A stretch of DNA of 63,714 bases, filler included, from Folioceros fuciformis (lineage: Eukaryota): assembly GCA_049999805.1 (NCBI GenBank). It is 14 parts of 14 records of this genome, joined end to end, with 100 filler letters (N's around TTAATTAATTAA, not from the genome) between each part and the next. Parts side by side here need not be neighbours in the genome. Positions count along the whole stretch, not along the records: positions 15,811 to 29,192 come from JBNGIO010000865.1; positions 29,293 to 30,296 come from JBNGIO010000866.1; positions 30,397 to 48,195 come from JBNGIO010000867.1; 11 more parts are not named here. One strand, given 5' to 3'. Shown here one piece after another: positions 24,171-35,036 of the stretch. The notes beneath the pieces are model-generated. The model had not been told where the DNA came from, did not search any database, and saw only the letters and a list, made by a program, of their open reading frames with translations. Made by a program: the position numbers and the translations under genes. The first letter of the stretch is position 1. Every line of letters begins with the position of its first letter.

Positions 24171-25939
24171 ATCAGCCCTACACAGTTGCAGCCTCCGTCC
24201 AGCCACACAATTCCTCTACCTACCCTTTCAGCTGGGTGAAGCAGCACATCAGTGAAAGTTTCGAAATGAATCACCGCCTCTCACGTTTGAAATCGGAACA
24301 CGTGGACTAGAAACCTTGAATTTCTTGAAAATGCGAATGCTTCTTTCTTCTGCCGTTGGATCGCTCCAGATGTGCACTTGAGAGCTTCCATGAAAAATTA
24401 GGAAGTTGAACATGAAAACATCACAATCCTGAAACAAATCAGTCGCCTGTGAGCTGGTTCAATTTCAAACCCTTTCGGGAATGCTGGCCAGAAACCTGTT
24501 TCATGCTATCTCGCTTGTTCTTCACGCTCTGTTCTTCGGTTTGCTTCAGGCTCTGTTGTCTTCTTCGTGCTGGAAACGAGTAACTGTGCGTTTCTTGAGA
24601 CTTCCAGCAGTGTGCAACATCCACTCGTTTCTGGACGTAGACTGGAATCGAAGAATATCGCCCACTGCTGAAAGTCTCGAGAAAATCGCAGCCACTCCGT
24701 TACTTCGTCCGAAATCTCATCGAATTCGCTGGGCACGCGCAGGCCTTGTCCTTGTCATTGCGCATAGGAGGGACAGATGACTTTGCTTCTCCTGAAACTT
24801 CAGGAGTGGGCTAGCTTTTCCCACAACCAGCCGATTAGTGAAATTGTGAGCCCACTGCTGAAAGTCTCAGGAAAGTCAGATCCACAGGAAAGTCAAATCC
24901 ACCATTCTGAACGACTTGCTCTTGAGGCATTCTGCCAATTCCTGGTACCAACGGCTTAATAGTTCTAGTAGTGATAGACTCACCCTCCTAGACAAGTTGG
25001 TGTGGTTGTCCAGAATAAGAACGACACGACGTCCAATCCATCACAAAAATGAGCAATCTTGCAGCACACATCACTGCAACAGCTAGTGCTGGGCAGAAGT
25101 TTGCAATCTCTATGCATCAATGAAAACACTGCCAAATCGATTTTGGAAGTCGAGCTTGCAAGCTCTGCATGTCACATGACCGCTGTCAGTCTACAGGTCC
25201 TGGGAGGGAACTTGCAAATGCAATGCGGCGGGAGCAGCTGGTTGTGGTGAGGGAGAAGCTGATGGAGCTGCACAGACTATATACCCAGGGCAGAGTGCGC
25301 ATCAAGCTTGTCAATTTCAACCCAGAAAAGACGTTGAATTCAGTCTACGGTCTCCTGGGTCGTGTACTCCGAGTAACAAGTCAACAGTGCACACTGTGGG
25401 TTGGGACATTGATGTGGGATTGGTTCTTCGTTTCCCTGATTTGTCCTGTCCACCAGTTCTTAGGGGACAGACATGGCCCGGTCCAAAACTTGTCGTGCAA
25501 GTTCCAGAGGCTCGTGCTTGCTGAGCAGTAGATGTGGAAAAATGAACTGAGAAAAAATTATAGAATATATTGTGGCAAAACTTTCGTTTGACTTTCACGC
25601 GAGTAGCTTCAACTCTGTTCCTTGAAGGGAATATGCAAGTCGCTTGGAAGCCACTCATGTGCGGGCTGCACAAGATGGCACAACCCGGGACTCGTGAAAG
25701 CCAGCCTGTGGCAGTAGATCAGCTCAGATATCAAACTATTGCAGTGGGGATAGGATCTTGGACGTGGGTTTAGCGAAACGGCACGTTTCCTTGACTTCGG
25801 CAATAGTATAGACAACGTAGAGACCGTCGTGTGGCTAAGGACCCACCGCTTCTCGCTGTGAACGGTATCTACCGGGACATTTTTCAGTCTTGGAGACTCT
25901 CTCCTGCATGTCTCCACCGACGGGGAGGTGAGGTCAACG

Positions 25940-28075
25940 ATATTTAATTTAGCGAAGGTTGAAGGAGGATGTGCTTGCAAGGAATACTTGGCTACCCGCC
26001 ACTCAGGCGCCCCATCCCAAACGGAGGAATATCCGGGCCATGTCCACAGCAGGAAGACGAATTCCGAACGGAGTGCTCCATCACCCACCAGCCCGGAGCT
26101 GGGAATCTCCTGGCCCCCTCATCGGCTCGAGGATCAACACCCAAGATTCTAGAAGAGGCGGACCGCATAGAGCTAGTCCGCTTGGCCGCACAACTGGACT
26201 CCAACGAGCGGCACGGCATCGGGCCCTCCGGAATCAAGCGGCCTCCTTCACCTCGTGGACGAAAGAAGGGGAGAGGACCTCGCTCTCCCAGTCCACGTCC
26301 CGCTGGAATAATCCCGTCTTTGGCTCTCTGATTGTCTCCCAATCCAGCCCAGGAAGAGGCAGACCGCCGGAAGACCTTACCTCGTTCCATAGTCCTAGAG
26401 GACATAATCGATGGGGGAATCACGAACCCAGAAGCCATGAGGAAGGCTATCTGGACGTCCTTCAGGAGGGCCAAGCTACCTCCTAATTATTGGTTGTACA
26501 CTGGAGTTACATCGGAGGGAGCTACTCAATCAGCCCAAGGGATCGGGCCAGCGTGGCGGAAGGACTTGCAGGTGGCGGCATGGGAGAGTGAAAACATCGC
26601 TCTCCGGAGGAGGATGACTGAATTGGCCACTCAGTTATCCGTGCTAAAGGACAAGGCAACCGGACACACCACCGAGCTGCAAGAAGAGTCCGTCAGGCAC
26701 CGAGAAGAGCGGGATAGGTACCTACGGGAGTTGACGGACTTGAAGACCCAAGTCGTTGGTAGAACCACGCACCAGGAGAACCAACTCGGGGCAGCACAAG
26801 GGGAGCTGGAGTGATCGCAAGTGGCGATGGAGGCCATCCATGCCGAGGAACAACAGGCATGGAGGAAGCGAGAATTGAACCTCCTGATCACTTGCAAGCA
26901 GCATACGTCGGACCAGGACCGCTATCGAAAGGAGTGCATCCGGGCCCTTGAGGTAGAAAAGGAAGCCTCATGAAAATTGGCCGAAGCAGTCCAGCAGGTG
27001 CGGGGTAGGTTACAGACCTCCCATACAGCGAAAAAGGCCGCGCACCAAGAAGGTCGGATGCTGAAGGCCGAGCTTACCCAGACCAGGGAGACCATGCAAA
27101 GCCATGAACAAGTCTAGGAAGAAGACCGCAAACAGCTGGTAGACCGAGTCAATGGATTCCAAGCAAAGGCAGTGGAGCTGCAAGCACAACTAGCCGACTT
27201 TGAGACGCAGGAGGGTCAACGTGAAGTCGCCTTGCTTCAGGCTCAAACAGAGGCTGTGTCCACTTTACGTCTTTAAGAGTCCGCAATGGTTACCTCAGCC
27301 ACGCTCGAAGAACTCCGTCGGTACGTTGGCATCATTGCTGCCCAGCACATCGACCTACCGGAGGCGAGGTGGTGACCGGAGTACCGAACTCTTAGGAGAA
27401 TGGTCGTTGATGCCATCCAACAACTGGATGACAGTCATGCTTTGCTCCACGAAGAGATACTCTGGACCTGACCGAGACGGCGAAGGCCGTGTTGGTGTGC
27501 GGAAAGTGAAATTTTGGGATGCGAGAAGGGCTATCCTACTGTTTTGAGTGTTTTGCCCAGAGTTTGGTTTGATTTGTGTCTTCTTTTCTCCTTTGTGTCT
27601 ATTTGAGTCTTGTTTTGTGTTCGTTGGTCTTTGGTGGTTAACTTGCGCGTCCAACATACTTACGCATTTTGTAGGTCTGAGGGTTACTGTCTAACCAAAT
27701 TTCTCATTGATTATTTTAGTTCCTGTCAGAGAGAGAGCTGGACTGTTAGGATTGGCCTGGAGGCTAACTTGCGCGTCGAACATACCTACAAAATCTAAGG
27801 GGTTAGACATGATTATTTTAGTTCCTATCAAAGAGAGTGGAATGGAGGAGGCTGTGAGGCCTAGGCCCATGAGGTCCCATACTTCTAGTCAACTAGTTAG
27901 TCTCATGCTTCTAGTCAACTAGTCAGTCCCATGCTTCTAGTCAACTAGGCAGTTCCATGCTTCTAGCCAACTAGTCACTCCCATGCTTCTAGTCAACTAG
28001 GTAGTCCCATGCTTCTAGTCAACTAGACAGTCCCATGCTTCTAGTCAACTAGTCAGTCTCATGCTTCTAGTGGCT
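25940..28075 (+). mobile_element. LTR retrotransposon 3' end (probably gypsy): about 500-codon degenerate coiled-coil accessory ORF (25940-27490), PPT (~27830-27852) and 3' LTR from 27853
   Basis: One long frame broken only by isolated stops, with heptad-rich E/Q/R/L sequence. Purine tract AAGAGAGTGGAATGGAGGAGGC followed by TG. Confidence 0.6.
27874..28071. repeat. Tandem array, about 7.6 x 26 bp, inside the putative LTR
   Basis: GTCCCATGCTTCTAGTCAACTAGTCA units. Confidence 0.9.
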
Positions 28076-28984
28076 ATGAGCTAAGCCCATCCAACCACAA
28101 TCACAACCCATTGCCTTTGGACTTCTATGTCCAAGCTTAACAAAGGTGGGCATCATGGCTACTCGAGCTAAGCCTGTCCAACCACAATCACAACCCAATG
28201 CCTTTGGGCTTTTGTGTCCAACTTAATAAAGGTGGGCATCATTGCTACTCCTTGAGAAGATTGCATACATGTGATAGTATCTACCATTAATATATGTATC
28301 GCACATAGACCAAGACATCTTTCAGTCAAGAGTGGGTTCATTCATATGACCTGTAGTGTAGCCAACATGGTTGGCTTTGAGTTGAACCAAGCTGAACCAA
28401 GTGAGCTAACCCATTTTAGTGGAAACACATTTGAACCTCTAATAGCTAGCGTTCGACAAGCGAGATCTACTAGTGCTTCCACAATCCCCAAAGGGCTCTG
28501 GAGTATTCTTCCAAAGCCTGACCATCAAATTAAAGCTAGCAGCCACATACAAATGGACATTTCGAACATTAAAAGACACATGGTAGGAAATGCAAGGCTC
28601 ATAGCAGGAAATCCAGGGCACATGGTAGAAACCCAGTGACAGTCGTGCTGCACATTGCACTGTTTAATTGGAGAGAGCTATTTGCATACATTCTTGTCTA
28701 TGTTCATATTTCCTTTCGGATCTTTTAAAGATTGGACCGAACTTACACTTTCTAACCTAAGGTTTTACACAATATACATTGAAAATTACAATTGAAACAT
28801 GAGAGGATTATACTGCAATCGCAAGTGCAAGTGCAACGGTTGACAAACACCAAAAGACACACTAAGCTTTTCCTACCAAGCGTAGCCATGTCCAGGAGGA
28901 GGAGTTACAGATATTCACAACTTCTGTCATAACACATGACAGCTTCTGTACAGATAGACTAGAATTTGCCAGCATCGATACACT

Positions 28985-29191
28985 TCAACGAACATTAACT
29001 GTAGCGGTGATGAAGCTGAGTGCGCCGTTGAATCGGCAGACGCTGAGACTGAGCAGGTCAGTGATGGCGTCCAGCTTGAGCTTGAGGCCCACTGCGAGCG
29101 CGTTGCACCATTCGTGAGTTTGTCCGCTGCTGGTGCCGATTTTGTTGTAGAGCAGCGGGCCCTGTCCGTTGTCACCGAAGATGCAGTCCAA
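28985..29191 (-). CDS. C-terminal part of an unidentified gene, cut by the contig edge; paralog 2
   Basis: Same length and frame as 15812-16018, with the stop at the same codon. Confidence 0.5.
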   Translation of the reverse strand: MDCIFGDNGQGPLLYNKIGTSSGQTHEWCNALAVGLKLKLDAITDLLSLSVCRFNGALSFITATVNVR

Positions 29192-29292
29192 ANNNNNNNN
29201 NNNNNNNNNNNNNNNNNNNNNNNNNNNNNNNNNNNNTTAATTAATTAANNNNNNNNNNNNNNNNNNNNNNNNNNNNNNNNNNNNNNNNNNNN

Positions 29293-30296
29293 AACTTGGT
29301 GATGCACAGCAGCTCCCGGTGACACTTTGGTGCGATAATTAGAGTGCAATAGCACTCTCGGAGAATCCACGCTATCATGCAAGAACAAAGCACTTGGAGG
29401 TTCAACACCATTTTATCAGAGAACAAGCCGCAAGTGGACTCGTCCAGGTTAGCTACTGCCCGACAGGCAACATGACCGCAGACATCCTCACAAAAGCTCT
29501 AGGCAAGTTGAAGCACGACGAGCATTCCTATGGCATGGGCTTGCGGGCAGCATCTGGTAAGTCAATCTGGAGTGTGGGAGCAGCAGCCACGGGCGCCTCT
29601 AGCTCGCGCACATCAGGCGCAGGAGCTCCAAGCTCAGAGACAGCTGCAGGGGCGGGCAGCTCCAGCCCGACTTTTGAAGGCGCAGGCGCATCCAGCTCGC
29701 GCCCGACCTTGGCAGCTGGTACAGGCGTACCCAGCTCACGCGCGACAGCAGCAGTTGCAGGCGCCAGTGGCGCAAGAGCAGCTGGAGCTGGCTTACCCAG
29801 CTCCCATATATCAGCCGGCGCGGATTCTGATGCCGCGCCAACAGGATTCGGCGCGGGCAACCCCACTTGGCACACATGAAGAGCACGGCGACGGCGACGG
29901 CGATGGCGGCGGCAGCGACGGCACGGCAACGGCGGCGCGCTGGCATCCCTAGGAGGTAGCTCGGCCATCTCCAGCTGAAGCAGTTCACGGGCAGCAGTTG
30001 GAGGTGACCACACCTGGCGCGGCGATGAAGACGAAGACTGGCGTTTCATACGCCGGGCGTTTCTTACTCCGGGCAAAGTTTTTTTTTTTGCTTGGATTAG
30101 GTTTCATAGAAAGTTTTAAAGTTAATTAAGACCTAACTCCTGAGTGGGAGTGAAACTATGAAACTATGAAACTACCGGTGATCTTAAAAATGATGACCTA
30201 TATCATCTAAGGGTTCGTCACCCTTCTGAAACTATAGTAAATAGTTATATATTCAGTAATTAGGTTAATTAGGAACCTTAGTAGTAAACCCTAATA
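29293..30296 (+). mobile_element. Ty1/copia 3' end: RNase H, 3' region, PPT (30141-30150) and start of the LTR (30151)
   Basis: HARTKHLEVQHHFIRE...ADILTKAL; TGAGTGGGAG/TG. Confidence 0.85.
29528..30049 (-). CDS. Putative antisense accessory ORF with RELxAPA repeats
   Basis: ATG at 30049, about 100 bp inside the PPT. 173 codons with about six (R/W/S/L)ELxxPAP-type repeats. GC-rich, so the long frame could be incidental. Confidence 0.35.
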   Translation of the reverse strand: MKRQSSSSSPRQVWSPPTAARELLQLEMAELPPRDASAPPLPCRRCRRHRRRRRRALHVCQVGLPAPNPVGAASESAPADIWELGKPAPAALAPLAPATAAVARELGTPVPAAKVGRELDAPAPSKVGLELPAPAAVSELGAPAPDVRELEAPVAAAPTLQIDLPDAARKPMP

Positions 30297-30439
30297 NNNN
30301 NNNNNNNNNNNNNNNNNNNNNNNNNNNNNNNNNNNNNNNNTTAATTAATTAANNNNNNNNNNNNNNNNNNNNNNNNNNNNNNNNNNNNNNNNNNNNGGCA
30401 TGGATAGTAGCGCCATAGCACTGGTGGATAGGAGATGAA

Positions 30440-31907
30440 GGAAGAAATTAGATACGGTTTAGATATGTATTTAATACGTATTGATACGTATACCATATAT
30501 GTATCCCCGTATTTCTTTTCTTTTTATTTTTCTAATTTTCCCTTTTCTATTTCCATTTCTATTTTTCTGGATTTAATTCCATAAATTCCAATTCAACTCT
30601 GTTTCACCTACTTTCTTTTCCTCCTAGTTCGGGGCCTATTCCAGCACCCTAGGGTCAGTCTTCCATGGCCAAGGAACCATTTTGGCTGAAAGCTTATTCC
30701 GCTGAATAAGCTACCGTTTTCAGGCCAAGTTCCGGCTGCTGATCCCACTCCTTCCCACCTCTTCTCTATCTTTCCTATTGCTCATGCTCCTCCCCTGGAG
30801 GCTAGCTTAGCCACCAAGGGTGAACAGTTGCAGGGGAAGACTTAGCTAGCGGCCATCTAGCAAAGAAGAGGCGGCGTCCGCAGATCTTTGAAGATCAGAT
30901 ATCCTCCAAAGTCTCAGGATAGTCTAAGAGGTGGTAGATCCTTGTGGTGGTAGGGCCAGCTCATTGGTGGCAGGATGTGCTAGAAGTCTACATAAGTGGT
31001 TGGTGACAACCGGCTAGGCTAGTGGTCCTATTAAAATAATATTTGTCAAGTTAGAGAGAGGTGAAGTCAGAGAGAGAGAGGCTCCTATAAGATCAGGTGG
31101 TCCTGTAGGAGGAGGTAGTCATTCACTTTGGGAGTCAGTCTATCACTTCGTGAGCTCTTGGAGGTACTCTCTTCATGAGCTCTTGTGGTCTGTCCCTGCT
31201 TGGTTTAGGACCTGCAGTGTGTTGCCGACTGTGCATCGTCTGGTAGGATCGCAAGCCGCGTGTAGTCGGTTGTACAGTGTCTGGTAGGATCACAAGGTGT
31301 AATGACCAGGGTGAAGGGGCTTGCCCCCTAGCTCTTGATTGTAAAGGATGTGTCTTTCTCTCGACCTGTCCACTCTTGTTCCTTGTTTGGACAAGTGCTG
31401 TAGGCCGGCCATGTTTCATGGCGTCTGGTAAGGTTGTGGGGAGGAGATATCTGAGAGGGGAGTGTGTTCCCTTCTTTCTTTTCTTTGGAGTTACTCTAGT
31501 GACTCTTGCCGAGTAGGAGGAGTCGATAGGGAAGTGTAGAAGGTAGTGGTGTCGTTGTTAGTTGCTGGTGTTGGTGCTAGAGTGAGAGAGCGAGTGAAGT
31601 GAGTGAGGGAAGTCGCAGATCTGAGAGGTTAGGGTCGTTGTAGTGACTGGAGTGAGTTTGTGGGCACCGAGAGAGGTGCAACTGACCGCTGGACAATGAG
31701 GCCTATCCTACGCCTGATTGGAGCTGGAGGGGAGCCCTCGAATTCATCACCGAGTCGATTGAGTCCGACCCTCCTTCCACAACAGTAAGGAACCCCATCG
31801 CTCCTTCGTGGAAACAGAACCCAATGTCTCAAGGACAGTGGGATAAGTGTGGCCACTAAAGGTGGAAGCTATCGGCAATTAGTGCTCGGGGTTTTGCCTC
31901 CACACCA
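30440..31907 (+). repeat. Long LTR copy C
   Basis: Homologous over about 1.45 kb to 3402-4800 (inverted) and to 1-310. Confidence 0.75.
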
Positions 31908-32099
31908 TGCCCAACTTAAGAGCACCACTTCGCGAGCGGACCCACCACCACGAGCGGCTGCTGAACTTAAGTTGGGCATTGTTTCACTGGGGAGCACGTC
32001 CCCTCGAAGGGGTGCGCTGACTAGGCCGCGCTCTACGCCTCCCACCCGCACGTGCCCACCACTCCCAACCTCTACAATGGATCCTACTAGAGGCTATTG

Positions 32100-33349
32100 A
32101 TGCATGAATGGTTGACCACCCCCTGACAGTTCATATCCTCCCTCTACTGCGTCGCCATGCATGGCCTTGGGAAAACGAGCGCTCGTCCACACGGGATTTC
32201 CTTGTGAGGAGAAATTGCGATGACAATCAGATCGTCATTGCTCTCCCCCCATGCATAATTTCTTAGAGAATTAATTTTGACAGACAAATCCTCATCATAA
32301 GACTTTCTTGCATCTTCACGATGCCCTACAATTTGAAGAATTGGGTTGAGAATCAACTGAGAAACCAGAACGCAGGGCTTGTTCTTGCAATCTCCTATGT
32401 TGGCAATTGTTATGTCTTGGTGATCGCTGGGAGCTTCGTTCACCAAAATTGTGAACCAGATCAAATTGGGGCGACCACCCTCTATTCTCCAAAGCCTAGA
32501 TTATAACATCCAGAAAATTGTCGCCCAGAGATTGTTGGTGCCATGGTAAATTTTGCCATCCAACACCCCGTGTGCTTCTCCGTTGTGTTGATTGCCCTTG
32601 AGAACACCCTAAATCATCACCAGAGTGTTAAGAATATGCAATATTACGCTGATTCCTAGCCATATTGGTGTGGAGAAGTGAGGCTTTCCAAGATAAGATG
32701 AAAGTACGGGCTTAGAAAAAGCTACTGAGAGGAATGAGGCAGTATGCCTTCTCCAAAACTCAAAGCTGTGATTATAAACCGATTTCAAGTACCCATCAAA
32801 TCTCCTTTTTTTAATAATATAGAAGAAAAATATTATAAAATAGAAACATAATTTTCTATTTAATTTTTCCTTCTAACAAAAAGTAGAACAATAAATCCAA
32901 GCCTATAAGAGTAGAGAAGCCTATAGAAGCTTGGAAGAGTCTTTTGATTGGATTGTATGAAAGCAACGATGATGATATCTGAAGAAACTTTCAACACTAA
33001 TAATGTTATTCCAAGCAACTTATATAAAAACGACATATCATTTTCTTCAAACCACAAATGAGAAAAAAAAAGGTTTTATAGTCAAATTGCTCATCTAGTC
33101 AATGATGCATGCGTCCTATAGCTATTGGAGATGAAGACCTTGGTGAGAGTTCGTGGCTCTGATACCAAGTTAAAACTGCATGCGAAAGTGTCTTTTGCAA
33201 AGATGCTATATTAACAATAATTCAAGTGTGTTCACAGGTGGGCTTTCATTGGTGATTACGAAGAGGTTTGTCCTTTCGGTATCCTAGCTATCTACCTATA
33301 CTAACTGCTAGGTCTAGCTGACTAACCATATATCAATACAGAACCAACG
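32100..33349 (-). mobile_element. Degenerate LTR retrotransposon 5' end (LTR ~33169-33349, iMet PBS 33156-33167, decayed internal region)
   Basis: GCTCTGATACCA (minus-strand TGGTATCAGAGC); only faint gag-like translation downstream. Confidence 0.5.
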
Positions 33350-33354
33350 TGGTC

Positions 33355-35036
33355 TACTATTATTTCTAACTACCACTATTCCCATTTGAGAAATGGGGAA
33401 TAGACTTCATTGGACCCATCCAGCTGCTGACCAAACACACCCACCGGCAGTATATCCTATTGGCAACAAACTACTATACCAAGATGGTGGAGGCTAAAGC
33501 CACAACCCGAGACGACGCCTCTGTGGTTGCCAAGTTTCTTTACGAGAAGATCATCACCCAATATGGGTGTCCTTTAGAACTTGTTAGCGATTGAGGGACA
33601 CACTTCTTAAACGTGGTGGTGCAGGCGGTCACCGGACATTTCAACATTTGCCACCACAAAACCACTCCACACAACCTGAAAGCCAATGGGTTGACGGAGC
33701 GAGCCAACGAATTGCTATGCAACATCCTCGCGGAGATCACAGTGTCCCATATCCAAGACTGGGACACGAAGCTACACTCAACGCTTTGGGCCTACTAGAC
33801 CACCAAGAAGGTAACTATTAAAAGGTCACCTTTCTTCATGACTTATGGCACCACTCTTGTTCTCCCAACAGAATTTGAAGTCCCCAAGTACTGGATATTG
33901 TGTTCCAAGCGGCTGCCGCTGGAAGTTAGCCAGGAAGTTCGTCTTCAGTCTTTCCTACAACATGAAGAGGAAAGGGAGAGCGCAAGGATGGCGAACTAGC
34001 ACCATTAGGAGTGATTTAAACAATAGCATGATTGGAAGCTCCGTCCCAAACAACCCTTGGCACAGGGTGACCTGGTGCTCCTTTACAATAGCCGGCGCAT
34101 GGACATCCCAGGCAAACTACACCTCCAATGGATGGAACCATATCGGACCACGACAATGTTCTCCAATGGATATGTCCAACTAGAGACATTAGGTGGAGAA
34201 CTTTTGCCCACTCGGGTAAATAAGTGGCGGGTCAAGAAGTACAGGGCACCATCGTATGCCAATGTTTGCAAAGGTGCAAACATTTGAGAAGGGAGGAATA
34301 TGTCAGCCCCAAAAATAATCATCGAAGGATTACTCCGATGGCCCACCAGACTTGTCTACACAGTCTAGAGGGAAGGCTCTGTCTTCTAATAAATGGGTAT
34401 TTTTGGCGGACCCGAGTTCATCAGAGTAGAAGACATGCTGAACTCAGCGGCGCTGGCTGGACAATTGGATTGACAGTAAGGACAACCCATTGAAGATCCA
34501 GTACTCTGCCATCATGTAGAAAGCGGGGCATAATTGTCCTGGATGGTTGCAAGCATATTGGCGATGCCGGCATAAGGTTTTACGCTAGTGTGCACTAACT
34601 AATACGCCCCACTCCCTACTCTCTCCTGTCCGCCTCGCCTGTGTCTCATTTTGACCTCTTCGTTTTGCTTCGATCTTCTTCTGCTCCACTCCGCCTGCTC
34701 GCACCTCACGTACTTGCTTTCCGCTTTTGGCTTTGCTTCCACCCGCTCTTGGAACATGGTGCGGCACCACCCTTTGCTCCCTCCTTCGCGTTCTCCGGCT
34801 TGCAAGACCTCTTCGTCATGTCTCCGGGGTAGTTCCTTGAAATCGGCAACACCTGGAGGCTCAACGCAGAGCAAATTCAAACATGCTCCTATCCAAATTT
34901 TGTGCCTTGGATAGCAGCAGTAGGGGATCTCGTGGAGCAATGGGAATTGGGCATCTTCCAGTTCCCCTGGGGCATCAACTCCCCGGCCATCGTCCATGAA
35001 TTCACTCGAACCATGCTACAATGTGCTCGCAGCAAC
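33355..35036 (+). mobile_element. Ty3/gypsy (non-chromovirus) integrase followed by the start of a sense accessory ORF; the ORF resumes at 41696-41998 after the copia insertion
   Basis: PFEKWGIDFIGP, YGCPLELVSD, ANGLTER, WDTKLHSTLWAY and GKL...W.EPY. The accessory piece WIAAVGDLVEQWELG...AIVHEF aligns with 63270-63420. Confidence 0.85.

Noticed and set aside
34599-34997. 132-aa minus-strand ORF after the gypsy integrase
   Set aside because: The plus-strand frame over the same bases is the one homologous to the 63.3-kb accessory protein, so this is its shadow.
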